From Alphaproteobacteria bacterium (GTDB lineage: Bacteria; Pseudomonadota; Alphaproteobacteria; UBA828), in the NCBI GenBank assembly GCA_965220745.1, contig CBDCQT010000012.1, positions 480,001 through 544,000 of the forward strand: a stretch of DNA of 64,000 nucleotides. Reading direction: 5' to 3'. Position 1 is the first letter of the stretch; the number at the start of each line of letters is the position of its first letter. A model generated the notes under the pieces. It saw nothing but the letters and a program-made list of their open reading frames with translations. It did not search any database and was not told the DNA's origin. A program made the position numbers and the translations under genes. Positions 37,455 through 49,663 of this stretch are shown here, piece by piece.

Positions 37455-38629
37455 ATACGAGCGGGGCATGCCGAGCACATGCTGGCCGAGGTAGGCGAGG
37501 ACGAGGTTGGTCGAGATCGGCGCCACGCGGTAGAGCCGGGCCTCGCGAAACTTGCGCTCCACGTCGTACTCCTCGGCGAAGCCGAAGCCGCCGTGGGTCT
37601 GGAGGCAGGTGTCGGCGGCCTTCCACGAGGCTTCCGCCGCGAGCAGCTTCGCCATGTTGGCCTCGGGCCCGCACGGGCGGCCCGCGTCGAAGAGTGCTGC
37701 GGCCTTCTGCACCATGAGCCGCGCGGCCTCCATCTGCGCATACGCCTCGGCGATGGGGAACTGCACGCCCTGGTTGGCGCCGATGGGGCGGCCGAACACC
37801 TGGCGCTCGGTGGCATACGCGCTCGCCTTCTCGATGAACCAGCGGCAGTCGCCGATGCACTCGGCGGCGATCAGGATGCGCTCGGCGTTCATGCCGTCCA
37901 GGATGTAGCGAAAGCCCCGACCCTCTTCGCCGATCAGGCTGGAGCCGGGGATCACCAGGTCGTCGAAGAAGAGCTCGGTGGTCGCGTGGTTGATCATGGT
38001 GCGGATCGGCCTGATTTCGAGACCCTGGCCGACCGCATGCTCGAGCTCGACCAGGAACACCGAGAGACCTTCGGTGCGCTTCTTGGTCTCCGCCGCTGGC
38101 GTGGTACGGGCGAGCAGGAGCAGCAGGTCCGAGTGCTCGGCCCGCGAGATCCAGACCTTCTGGCCGTTCACGGTGTAATCGCCGTCCGTGCGGCGCTCGG
38201 CGGTGGTCCGCAGCTGGGTCGTGTCCGAGCCGGTGGTGGGCTCGGTGACCCCGAATGCCTGGAGCCGGCGCGCGCCGCTCGCGATCTGCGGCAGGTAGGT
38301 CTCCTTCTGCGCGTCCGAGCCGTGCCGCAGCACCGTGCCCATGGTGTACATCTGGGCGTGGCAGGCGCCGCCGTTGCAGCCGGATGCGTGGATCTCCTCC
38401 AGGATTGCCGCGCCGGCGCCGATGCCGAGCCCGCTGCCGCCGTAGCGCTCAGGGATCAGCGCGGCCAAAAAACCCGCGTCGGTGAGCGCCTGCACGAACT
38501 CCTCCGGGTAGGCGCGCTCGCGATCCTTCTCCCGCCAGTACTCGCCGGGGTAGCGCGCGCATAGCGCGCTGACCGGCTCGCGCAGCTCGCGGTGGTCGTC
38601 GTCGAGGTCGATGAAGGCGCGCTGCTCGC

Positions 38630-38633
<4 letters not shown>
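37452..38633 (-). CDS. Acyl-CoA dehydrogenase
   Basis: FGVTEPTTGSD, NGQKVWIS, RQVFGRPI, QTHGGFGFAEEY; start overlaps the glmS stop. Confidence 0.94.
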
Positions 38634-40453
<1,820 letters not shown>

Positions 40454-40470
40454 GGTGCCGGCGCTCCTCT

Positions 40471-41826
40471 TCAGTCCTCGGCCGGGTCGGGCTGGCGCCG
40501 CTCGCGCCGCCGCGCCGCCGCGCCTTCGCGCTGGCGCTGCTCGCCCCTGGCCACGGCGATGGCGTCCGCCTCCACGTCCTCGGTGATCACGCTGCCGGCG
40601 CCGACCACCGCGCCGGGGCCCACGGTCACCGGCGCCACCAGTGCGGTGTTGGAGCCGATGAACGCGCCCTCGCCGATCTCCGTCCGCGACTTCTGATAGC
40701 CGTCGTAGTTGCAGGTGATCGTGCCGGCGCCGATGTTGGCGCCCGCGCCGACCCCGGCATCGCCCACGTAGCTCAGGTGGTTGATCTTGGCACCTTCCGC
40801 GACCGTGCTGCCCTTCACCTCGACGAAGTTGCCCACGCGCGCGCCTTCGCCGATGTCGCTGCCGGGCCGGAGCCGCGCAAACGGGCCGATCACGGCGCCT
40901 TTCCGCACGCGCACGCCCTCCAGGTGGCTGAAGGGCCTGATCTCGACCTCGTCCTCGATGACCACGCCGGGGCCGATGGCGACGTTCGGCCCGATGGTCA
41001 CGTCGGTGCCCAGGCGCGTGTCGCAGCTGAGCCAGACCGTGGCCGGCTCGGTGAGCGTGGCGCCACCCTCCATCGCCGCCCGGCGCAGACGGCCCTGAAT
41101 GACGCGCTCGGCGTCGGCCAGCTGTACGCGGTCGTTGATGCCCATGACCTCCTCCGCCGGCGCTTCGGCGACCGCGCACCGGCCGCCCTCCGCCGCGACG
41201 ACGGCGGGGAGGTCGGTGAGATAGTACTCGCCCTTGGCGTTGTCGTTGCCGATGGCATCGAGCAGGGAGAAGAGCCGGCGCCCGTCCACCGCCATCATGC
41301 CGGCGTTGCAGAGCGTGACCGCGCGCTCGTCCCCGCTCGCCTCGGCGTATTCCACGATGCGGGCGAGCGAGCCGTCGGGCGCCAGAATCAGCCGGCCGTA
41401 CTCTGCGGGATCCTCCGGGCGGAAGCCCAGCACCGCGGCAGCCACGCTATCGCCCGCCCGCCGCGCCTGGATGAGCCGGGCCAGTATCTCGCCGCGCACC
41501 AGCGGCGTGTCCGCGTAGAGCACGAGCACGTCGCCCCCGAAATCCTGCAGCAGCGGCCGCGTCTGTGCCACCGCATGCGCGGTGCCGAGCGGCTCGTCCT
41601 GCACCGCGCACATCACCGCGTCGCCGACGCCTTCAAGGCCGGGAGCCGCCACTTCGAGCTCGGGTCCGATCACCAGCACCGTGCGTTCCGGCGCAAGCGA
41701 ACCGGCGATGGCCAGCGCGTGCTCCACCATCGGCCGCCCGGCGAGGGGATGCAGGACCTTGGGCAGGGCCGAGCGCATACGCGTCCCCTTGCCCGCCGCA
41801 AGCACGACGCAGGCGAGCCCGCTCAC
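40471..41826 (-). CDS. glmU: Bifunctional GlcNAc-1-P uridyltransferase/acetyltransferase
   Basis: LAAGKGTRM, LGTAHAV, EYYLTD, hexapeptide repeats, CNYDG. Confidence 0.97.
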   Translation of the reverse strand: MSGLACVVLAAGKGTRMRSALPKVLHPLAGRPMVEHALAIAGSLAPERTVLVIGPELEVAAPGLEGVGDAVMCAVQDEPLGTAHAVAQTRPLLQDFGGDVLVLYADTPLVRGEILARLIQARRAGDSVAAAVLGFRPEDPAEYGRLILAPDGSLARIVEYAEASGDERAVTLCNAGMMAVDGRRLFSLLDAIGNDNAKGEYYLTDLPAVVAAEGGRCAVAEAPAEEVMGINDRVQLADAERVIQGRLRRAAMEGGATLTEPATVWLSCDTRLGTDVTIGPNVAIGPGVVIEDEVEIRPFSHLEGVRVRKGAVIGPFARLRPGSDIGEGARVGNFVEVKGSTVAEGAKINHLSYVGDAGVGAGANIGAGTITCNYDGYQKSRTEIGEGAFIGSNTALVAPVTVGPGAVVGAGSVITEDVEADAIAVARGEQRQREGAAARRRERRQPDPAED

Positions 41827-42030
41827 TTGCTCCTCCGCCGTGAGGTGCGCGCTCGCTGGCGACGTGTGCGATGGGAGACCGCTTGGCTCACGCCCGATGT
41901 CTCATTGGTTCAGGGATATCCAGCGCCGGATCGGTGGAGGCCGCGCGACTCCGACCATCATACCACGCCCGCCCGCGCCGCAGCCCCGCCCGCCTTGTCA
42001 ACATGCGCGGCTTCCCGCACCATCCGCGCG

Positions 42031-42711
42031 ATGCGTGAGCATGTGGACGCGGTGCTCGTCGATTTCGACGGGACGCTTGTCGATTCCGCGCCCGATCTCA
42101 TCGCGGCGCTCAACCGGCTGTTGACGGAACTGGGCCACGCGCCGGTCCCCTTCGAGGACTTCCGCCAGCGCGCCGGCGCCGGTGCCAAGCGCCTCCTGCT
42201 CGCGGCCCTCGATTCCCAGGGTGCGGCGCGGCCCAACGACACGGCGCTCCGGCCGCTGATCGAGCGGCTCATCGCCTACTACTTCGAGATCGAGACCGAG
42301 AGGGTGCGGCTCTTCCCCTCCGTGGCGGCCACCATCGAGCGGCTGCGCGACGCCGACATCTCGCTCGCCGTCTGCACCAACCGGGGGGAGCGCTCCACCC
42401 GCCGCCTGCTCGCCCACTTCGGCATCGACCGTCACATCGAGGCAGTGCTCGCCGGCGACATGGTTGCCAGGATCAAGCCCCATCCCGGCCATGTTCAGGA
42501 GGCGCTGGCGGCCCTCGGCGCTCGGCCGGCGCGCGCGGTCATGGTGGGCGACAGCGCCGCCGACGTGGATTCCGCGCAGGGAGCGGGCGTCGCGGCGATC
42601 GTCACGGCCTACGGATACAGCCCCGTTCCGCCGCACGACCTGGGGGCCGATGCCGTGATCGACGACTTCGCCGGGTTGCCGGCCGCGATCGAACGACTCT
42701 TCCGAGGGTAG
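42031..42711 (+). CDS. gph: HAD-family hydrolase, phosphoglycolate phosphatase-like
   Basis: DFDGTLVDSAPD, CTN, KPHP, MVGDS; divergent from glmU. Confidence 0.8.
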   Translation: MREHVDAVLVDFDGTLVDSAPDLIAALNRLLTELGHAPVPFEDFRQRAGAGAKRLLLAALDSQGAARPNDTALRPLIERLIAYYFEIETERVRLFPSVAATIERLRDADISLAVCTNRGERSTRRLLAHFGIDRHIEAVLAGDMVARIKPHPGHVQEALAALGARPARAVMVGDSAADVDSAQGAGVAAIVTAYGYSPVPPHDLGADAVIDDFAGLPAAIERLFRG

Positions 42712-42719
42712 CCCGCCGG

Positions 42720-43703
42720 ATGACGATCCTCGTGACCGGGGCCGCCGGCTTCATCGGCTTCCACGTCTGCAAGGCGCTGCTCGCGCGCGGCGAGCGCGTG
42801 CTCGGCGTGGACAATCTGAACGACTACTACGACGTGCGCCTCAAGCAGGCCCGGCTCGCCCTGCTGCAAGCACACGCGGGCTTCGCCTTCGCCCGCGCCG
42901 ACATCGCCGACCTCGAGGCGATGGCTGCGGCGGTCGCGCCGGAGCGCGGATCGATCACCGGGGTGGTCCATCTCGCGGCCCAGGCCGGGGTCCGTCATTC
43001 CCTGGTCGACCCCTACGCCTACGTGCAGGCCAACGTGATGGGCCAGGTCGTGATCCTGGAGCTTTGCCGCACGCTGCCCGCGCTGGAGCACCTCGTCTAC
43101 GCGAGCTCCAGCTCGGTCTACGGCGGCGTGGCCGAGGCGCCGTTCAGGGTCGAAGCCCGCGTCGATTCCCCGGTCTCCCTCTATGCCGCGACCAAGAGGG
43201 CCGGCGAGTTGATCGGCCATGTCTACGGGCATCTCCATGCCGTGCCCGCGACCGGGCTCCGCTTCTTCACGGTCTATGGCCCCTGGGGGCGGCCGGACAT
43301 GGCCTATTTTCTCTTCACGCGGTCGATCCTGGAGGGCCGGCCGATCACGCTCTTCAACCACGGCAGGATGAAGCGCGACTTCACCGATATCGACGACGTC
43401 GTGCCGGCGGTCTTGCGCGTTCTCGATGCGGCGCCGTCGGTGGGCGGCGGCACGGTGCCCCACCGCCTCTACAACGTCGGCAACAACCGGCCCGAGGCGT
43501 TGACCGACTTCGTCGCAGTGCTTGAGCGGGCGCTCGGCCGCAAGGCCGTGGTCGAGCACGCGCCGATGCAGCCGGGCGACGTGGAGGAGACCTGGGCGGA
43601 TATCGCGGCGCTGCAGCGCGACCACGGCTACGCGCCGAAGACCACCATCGCCGAGGGCATCCCCCGATTCGTCGCCTGGTACCGCGAGCACTACGGCGTC
43701 TGA
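42720..43703 (+). CDS. NAD-dependent epimerase, UDP-glucuronate 4-epimerase-like
   Basis: GAAGFIG, DNLNDYY, HLAAQAGVR, YAATK, YGPWGRPDMA. Confidence 0.92.
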   Translation: MTILVTGAAGFIGFHVCKALLARGERVLGVDNLNDYYDVRLKQARLALLQAHAGFAFARADIADLEAMAAAVAPERGSITGVVHLAAQAGVRHSLVDPYAYVQANVMGQVVILELCRTLPALEHLVYASSSSVYGGVAEAPFRVEARVDSPVSLYAATKRAGELIGHVYGHLHAVPATGLRFFTVYGPWGRPDMAYFLFTRSILEGRPITLFNHGRMKRDFTDIDDVVPAVLRVLDAAPSVGGGTVPHRLYNVGNNRPEALTDFVAVLERALGRKAVVEHAPMQPGDVEETWADIAALQRDHGYAPKTTIAEGIPRFVAWYREHYGV

Positions 43704-43728
43704 TCCAGGTAAGCTCCCGATAGGTACG

Positions 43729-43875
43729 TGGAGCGTGTCCGTCTCTGACGGACACGCGACAGGCCGCGACCGCGGCCCGCCGCGTTAGCGGCGCCCTCGC
43801 GGAGGCGCCGGCCGCAGGCCGGCTGCCGTGAGCGATAAGAGGCTAGAACGCTCCGCGTAAAGCGGAAGCGTTCTA
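43729..43875 (+). repeat. Repeat family R1, copy D (short form)
   Basis: TGGAGCGTGTCCGTC-TCT-GACGGACACG ... TAGAACGCTCCGCGTAAAGCGGAAGCGTTCTA. Confidence 0.9.
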
Positions 43876-44940
43876 GCCTCTACTAGAAGCCTTCTCCCAG
43901 CCCAGCTCGGCCAACGCGCGTGCGCGGTCGCCGTATTCGTGCGCGTTGGGCGCACTCGCGTTGCCCTTGAGGCCGCGCGCGTAGACCCCCTGGCAGATCG
44001 CCGCCATGCGGAAGAAGGCAAAGGCCATGTAGAAGCGCCACTCGGCGATCGGCCCGCGGCCTGCGCGCTCGCAGTACGCGTCCCGGTAGGCCTCCTCCCC
44101 CGGCAGCCCCAGCGCCTCGAAGTCGGCGCCGCCGAGCCCCGGCAGCGCCGACGCGCCGCGGGGGATCGAGAAGGCGAGGCAGTTGTGGGCGAGGTCGCTC
44201 AGCGGGTGGCCCAAGGTGCTGAGCTCCCAGTCCAGCACCGCGGCGATGCGCGGCTCTTCCGGGTGCACGATCAGATTGCCGGGCCGGTAATCGCCGTGTA
44301 CGATGGTGGTCTCGTCGTCGTCCGGCAGGTGGTCGGGAAGCCAGGCGAGCAGGCGGTCCATTTCCGGGATCTCGTCGGTGCGCGAGGCCTCGTACTGGCC
44401 GGACCAGCGGCGGATCTGGCGCGCGATGTAGTTGCCCTCCTTGCCGAAGTCGGCGAGGCTCAGCCCCCGCCAATCCACGCCATGCAGACGGGCCAGCACG
44501 TTGGCCATCGAGTCGTAGAGCGCCCTGCGGCGGCCGGCTTCCTGGGCGGGCCAGGCCGGGTCCTGGTCCACCGAGCCCTCCACGTGGTCCATCACGTAGA
44601 AGGCCGTGCCGACGATCTCGGGATCCTCGCAGAGGTGGTGGACGCGCGGCACGGGCACGTCGGTCTCGGCCAGCGCCGCGAGGATGCGGTACTCGCGCTC
44701 CACCAGGTGGGCCGAGGGCAGCAGCGTGCCCGGCGGCTTCTTGCGCAGCACGAAGCGCCTTGAAGGCCCTTCGATCAGATAGGTGGGGTTCGACTGCCCC
44801 GCCGCGAATTGGCTGATGGCACGGATCGGCACCGCCTGCGGCACGTGCGCACCCAGATAGCGCTCGAGCGCCGCCCGGTCGATGCGGTGCGCCGCACGCA
44901 CGGGCGTCGTCGCCGTTCCTTGAGCCGATACCTGGGCCAT
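43873..44940 (-). CDS. APH-family phosphotransferase (ACAD10/11 N-terminal-like)
   Basis: GQSNPTY, LRKKPPG, HGDYRPGN, LDWELSTLGHP. Confidence 0.92.
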   Translation of the reverse strand: MAQVSAQGTATTPVRAAHRIDRAALERYLGAHVPQAVPIRAISQFAAGQSNPTYLIEGPSRRFVLRKKPPGTLLPSAHLVEREYRILAALAETDVPVPRVHHLCEDPEIVGTAFYVMDHVEGSVDQDPAWPAQEAGRRRALYDSMANVLARLHGVDWRGLSLADFGKEGNYIARQIRRWSGQYEASRTDEIPEMDRLLAWLPDHLPDDDETTIVHGDYRPGNLIVHPEEPRIAAVLDWELSTLGHPLSDLAHNCLAFSIPRGASALPGLGGADFEALGLPGEEAYRDAYCERAGRGPIAEWRFYMAFAFFRMAAICQGVYARGLKGNASAPNAHEYGDRARALAELGWEKASSRG

Positions 44941-45313
44941 CGCGCCGCTTGGCCCTTCCCGAGCCGTGTTTCCGACCCACCATTCTAGGGAGCGGCCCCG
45001 ACGGCTGCCACCCTCTCTATGTGTCTCTGCTCATCCGATGGACGGAGGCTGGTGAATGCACCAAGTCAGTTATTCAAATGATTTATTTCATAAGAAAATA
45101 TGTCAAAAAACTATTTTATATGATTAAATAATAAAATACGCATATCATCACGATCATGCGTTTGCACGCAGGCCCGCTCGTGCGGTGAGAGCGGCAGTGT
45201 GACGTCGGCCGTTATTGCAAACGCAAGTTGAGGCGCCGCACCAGGCATGAGGGGAGGTTCAACCGACTGAGGCCTGCAGGCGGGGCCTCGACAAAAGAAT
45301 CAGGGAGGCTCCA

Positions 45314-47452
45314 ATGACCGTATCCACCAAGAAATACCTTGCCGCGTTCGCAGCGACCGCAGTGCTCGCGCTGGGGCTATACGGTTGCGGCGGCGGTGGA
45401 GGAAGCGGTCCGACGACTGGGACCGAAACTATGATGCCGGACGACGGCGAGACGATGATGCCTGACGACGGCGAGATGATGATGCCGGACGACAGCGACG
45501 GCATGATGATGGGTCCCGGTGACCGCGATCCGATCGATCTTTCCCAATTTCTACTTCCTGCTACCGAGCAAGGCATCGCACCTGGAATGATTGCTGCAAT
45601 AATCGATGAAGAAGGCGTAAAGGCGATCGGAGCCGCCGGACTTCGCAGGCAAGGATCGCCCGAGATGATCACAGTTGATGACCTCGTTCATATTGGATCT
45701 GATACCAAGGCCATGACGTCGACAATGCTGGCGACGTTGGTGGAGGACGGAATCTTTAGTAGTGGTTGGGATACGACAATCGCGGATGTCTTTCCCGAGC
45801 TTATTGGCACGATCCATCAAGGCTACCACACTGTTACACTCTCTCAACTCGTAAGGATGCGCGGCGGCATTTCTCGTAATGCCGCAGATTGGTGGGCGCA
45901 TTCAAGCAATCCTGATATTGTGGGAATGCGCTACGAGTTACTCAAGGATAATTTAGCCATCCCGCCTGCTGGGGCCGTGGGAGACGACCTCTATTCGAAC
46001 CTTTCATATATGGTTGCGGGCGCAATGGCCGAGCGCCTTACGGGAAAAAGCTGGGAAACATTGATGCAGGAGCGTTTGTTCACACCCTTGGGCATTACCA
46101 ACGCCGGGTTTGGTCCTCCAGGTACGCCAGGTTCTGTCGATCAACCGTGGGGTCATGCGCCCCGTGGCCGGAGCGATTGGGCGCCCAACCAGTATGATAA
46201 CAATCCGGCTCTGGGGCCTGCCGGCACGGTCCATATTTCAATCGAGGACTGGGCTAAATTCATTTCGCTTTGGTTTACAAATAAGGAGCCCGCTATTCTT
46301 AGCCGAAGCATTTTGAATGAGCTCAGCACGCCGGAATCAGGGGAATATGCAGCAGGGTGGTATGTGGCCCAACGAAATTGGGCAGGCGGAACAGTGCTCA
46401 ATCATGATGGCTCCAACACCTATTGGTACGCGACACTATGGATTGCGCCACAGCGGAGCGTAGCATTCGTGGCGGTTGCCAACTCGTCCGACCTTATTGA
46501 AGACCGTGGGGTGTACTTGGCGCTCGATTCGATCATCTCCAGTCTTATTGTCGATGATTCGTTGTCGCGCGGTGCGGGTATCGGTGGAAGTGGACAAGAG
46601 GAGGCCTCACAGAGGCAATGGCTCTTGAACCCGACCAGCGTCCGCTCCGTGACCGGCGCCCAGGCGCCCGACTTTTCCAGCGAAGATGTCGGCACAAGTG
46701 TAAGCCAGCTGAGGGCAGCGGCAAATGCCCTGCTCGCGAGTGACCTTTTGATGTTTGCCGGTAATGGCGTTGCCGTTCGCGGCCAGACCACATGTCTCAA
46801 CGACGAATGTTCGTCGAATTTAGCGGAGACTGCGCTGACGCTCACAGTGTCCGGAGTCGAATTCGGCAATCAGTCTCTCGATTACCAGGCCGTTGCGAGC
46901 CATCGCGGCGCGTCCTTGGCCGAAGGTCGGGGCGAAACGTCGATCGCTGGCACGTCGATAGACTACAATGCATATGGTGGCTGGCTGCAACACAGCTTCT
47001 TCGTAATCGAGGCTGGCAAAGTCGCCGAAGGTCTCCTCGAAGGCACGCCCATCATCTACAGCTATTCGGTTGGCGACGCACCAGACACAAATCCGGCAGC
47101 GGTAGACGGAAGCGGCAGGTGGAGGGGCGTCATGGTCGGTGCTGACGTCGGCCAGACCGCAACACGTGGCAACCTGATCCAGGGCAATGCGGAGATCACG
47201 ATTGCGGACTTCGCTGATCCGCAGGTTGACGTCGCGTTCACTCAAATCTTTGATTTGGAAACCGAAATCCAGCGCAGCGATATGAATTGGGTCGGCATCC
47301 AAGTAACGGCAGGCGGATTCGCCTCCGGCACTGACGGTAACTCGATCGAGGGTCGGTTCTACAGCCCGAACCACCAGGAGGTCGGGGGAATTTTCGAGCG
47401 AGATCAAGTTCTCGGAGCCTTCGGCGGCGCGCGCTCTTCGAGCGACCAGTGA
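45314..47452 (+). CDS. Lipoprotein: serine hydrolase (beta-lactamase family) domain plus C-terminal TbpB/fHbp-like barrel
   Basis: Lipobox LYGC with poly-Gly; SDTK (SxxK), YSN, HDGS; C-terminus IEGRFYSPNHQEVGGIFERDQVLGAFGGAR; GGGAGG RBS; visibly lower GC than its neighbours. Confidence 0.85.
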   Translation: MTVSTKKYLAAFAATAVLALGLYGCGGGGGSGPTTGTETMMPDDGETMMPDDGEMMMPDDSDGMMMGPGDRDPIDLSQFLLPATEQGIAPGMIAAIIDEEGVKAIGAAGLRRQGSPEMITVDDLVHIGSDTKAMTSTMLATLVEDGIFSSGWDTTIADVFPELIGTIHQGYHTVTLSQLVRMRGGISRNAADWWAHSSNPDIVGMRYELLKDNLAIPPAGAVGDDLYSNLSYMVAGAMAERLTGKSWETLMQERLFTPLGITNAGFGPPGTPGSVDQPWGHAPRGRSDWAPNQYDNNPALGPAGTVHISIEDWAKFISLWFTNKEPAILSRSILNELSTPESGEYAAGWYVAQRNWAGGTVLNHDGSNTYWYATLWIAPQRSVAFVAVANSSDLIEDRGVYLALDSIISSLIVDDSLSRGAGIGGSGQEEASQRQWLLNPTSVRSVTGAQAPDFSSEDVGTSVSQLRAAANALLASDLLMFAGNGVAVRGQTTCLNDECSSNLAETALTLTVSGVEFGNQSLDYQAVASHRGASLAEGRGETSIAGTSIDYNAYGGWLQHSFFVIEAGKVAEGLLEGTPIIYSYSVGDAPDTNPAAVDGSGRWRGVMVGADVGQTATRGNLIQGNAEITIADFADPQVDVAFTQIFDLETEIQRSDMNWVGIQVTAGGFASGTDGNSIEGRFYSPNHQEVGGIFERDQVLGAFGGARSSSDQ
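45431..45502 (+). repeat. Intragenic 24-bp tandem repeat, three copies (MMPDDGET-like)
   Basis: ATGATGCCGGACGACGGCGAGACG / ATGATGCCTGACGACGGCGAGATG / ATGATGCCGGACGACAGCGACGGC. Confidence 0.9.
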
Positions 47453-47791
47453 GTGTGTTTTGCTCTGACCCGCGCCCGTTGAAGTAGTCCGGAGCTGGTG
47501 TCTCTATTCTCTAGCTTTGATGGTTCGTCTTCGACGCAAGGCGCTATCGGGAGTTCGCAGCCTGAACCACCTGGCGGAGGCGAGGATGTCGGCGGCCGAC
47601 TTGGACCAACGAAACGGTCGCGAATAACAGTGCCCAGACTGTCTAGAGGGGAAAGGCGGCCGTTTGGCCGCCTTTCTCTTGGCCGGCGTCGATCCTCCAG
47701 AGGCGACACGGCGTTCTGATCGACGACGACGGCCAGAGTCGACTCACGCTCGCGGCCCCCGCTATCATCGCTGCCAGCCGGGGAGGGGTGT

Positions 47792-49663
47792 ATGGAGGCA
47801 GTGGTCGATCGCGGCGGGGCGGAAGGCGCAGCCAGCGCGGCCGCCGGGGCCAACGACGCGGGCGGGGCCGATCCCTTCGGCTTCGAGCTCTTCCGCAACG
47901 CCATCTTCGCCATCGCGGACGAGATGGCGCTCACCGTCTGCCGCACCACCTATTCCGGCGTGCTGCGCGACAACATGGATTTCTCCACCGCGCTTACCGA
48001 CGGCGACGGCCGCCTGATCGCGCAGGGGCTCACCCTGCCTGGCCACCTCGGCTCGGTGCCTACCGCCATCCAATCGGTGCTGCGCCACTATGGCGACGAC
48101 ATGCACCCCGGCGACATCTTCGTGATGAACGACCCGTTCGACGGCGGCATGCACCTGCCCGACATCTTCATCTTCAAGCCGATCTTCGACGGGGACGAGC
48201 GCCTCGCCTTCGCCGCCACGGTCTGCCACCACGCCGATGTCGGCGGCCGGGTCGCGGGCTCCAATGCTTCCGATTCCACCGAGATCTACGCGGAAGGCGT
48301 GCGCATCCCACCGCTCCGCCTCTACGACGCGGGCAAGCGCAACGAGACCCTCTTCGCAATCCTCGAGAAGAACGTGCGCCTGCCGGTCAAGCTCTTCGGC
48401 GACCTGCGCGCCCAGCTTGCCGCCTGCCACATCGCGGAGCGCCAGTTCCTCGACCTGGTGCGCCAGCACGGCGCCGAGGCCACGCGCTTCTACCTGCGCG
48501 AGATCATCGACTACGCCGAGCGGCTGACGCGCGCGGCGCTGCGCGAGCTGCCCGACGGCGAGGCGAGCTTCGAGGACTGGATCGACGACGACGGCATCGA
48601 TCGCGGCAAGCCGATCAGGCTGTTCGTGACCTTCCGCAAGGAGGGTGACAGCCTCCACGCCGACTGGGCCGGCTCCTCGCCGCAGGTCAAGGGCGCGATC
48701 AACGGCACGCTGTCGTGGACCAAGGCTGCGACCTACACGGCGGTCCGCTCGGTCCTGCCGCCAGGCATCCCGGACAACGAGGGCGTCTTTCGCGCCATCA
48801 CCGTCACCGCCCCGCCCGGCACCATTACCAACGCAGTGCTGCCGGCGGCCTGCGCGGCGCGCGGGCTCACCGGCTTCCGCATGGTGGACTGCGCCTTCGG
48901 CGCGCTCGCCATGCTGCTGCCGGACAAGGTTTTTGCGGCCTCTGACGGCGGCAACACGGGCATCACCATCGGCGGCTACGACGCCGAGCGTAAGCCCTTC
49001 ATCTACGTCGATTTCACCTGCGGCACCTGGGGCGCCAGGCCCTGGGCCGACGGCCTCGAAGGCAACTCCAACATCCTCGCCAACATGGCGTCGCAGTCGG
49101 TGGAGGTGATCGAGACCGAACAGCCGCTGCAGATCCTCTCCTACGAGTTCGTGCCCGACCGCGCCGGCGCCGGCCGCTACCGGGGCGGCACGCCCTACCG
49201 CCGCGACTATCGCTTCCTGGAGGCCGAGGGCCTGCTCCAGGTGCGGGCGGACCGGCACACCTTCAGGCCCTACGGGCTCTATGGCGGGAGCCCCGGCCAA
49301 CCCTCGCGCAACGTGCTGAACCCGGGGCCGGACGAGCAGCCGCTGCCGAGCAAGCTCACCGAGACCATCCAGCGGGGCGATGTCTTCCGCCACGAGCTCG
49401 CGGGCGCGGGCGGCTGGGGCGACCCGCTGGAGCGCGACCCGCACGCCGTGCTGCGCGACCTCCGCAACGAGCTGATCGGCGATGCCACCGCGCGCAACGA
49501 CTATGGCGTGATCGTCGACCGGGCCGCGTGGCAGGTCGATCACGCCGCGACCGAGGCGCGCCGGGCGGAGCTGCGCGCCAAGCGGGCGTGGACCGAACCA
49601 CCCGCCGTCTCGCGCGGCGAGATGCCCGAGACGGGGAGCGGCGCGCCCGAGAACGGGGCGTGA
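47792..49663 (+). CDS. Hydantoinase B/oxoprolinase subunit (second system)
   Basis: NDPFDGGMHLPD, HHADVGG, GAGRYRGG, GAGGWGDPLERD. Confidence 0.92.
   Translation: MEAVVDRGGAEGAASAAAGANDAGGADPFGFELFRNAIFAIADEMALTVCRTTYSGVLRDNMDFSTALTDGDGRLIAQGLTLPGHLGSVPTAIQSVLRHYGDDMHPGDIFVMNDPFDGGMHLPDIFIFKPIFDGDERLAFAATVCHHADVGGRVAGSNASDSTEIYAEGVRIPPLRLYDAGKRNETLFAILEKNVRLPVKLFGDLRAQLAACHIAERQFLDLVRQHGAEATRFYLREIIDYAERLTRAALRELPDGEASFEDWIDDDGIDRGKPIRLFVTFRKEGDSLHADWAGSSPQVKGAINGTLSWTKAATYTAVRSVLPPGIPDNEGVFRAITVTAPPGTITNAVLPAACAARGLTGFRMVDCAFGALAMLLPDKVFAASDGGNTGITIGGYDAERKPFIYVDFTCGTWGARPWADGLEGNSNILANMASQSVEVIETEQPLQILSYEFVPDRAGAGRYRGGTPYRRDYRFLEAEGLLQVRADRHTFRPYGLYGGSPGQPSRNVLNPGPDEQPLPSKLTETIQRGDVFRHELAGAGGWGDPLERDPHAVLRDLRNELIGDATARNDYGVIVDRAAWQVDHAATEARRAELRAKRAWTEPPAVSRGEMPETGSGAPENGA

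Noticed and set aside
47468-47630. IS3-like end or MITE remnant (TGACCCGCGCCCGTTGAAGTAGTCC)
   Set aside because: Only a weak inverted partner near 47603-47629; no target duplication and no recognisable transposase fragment.
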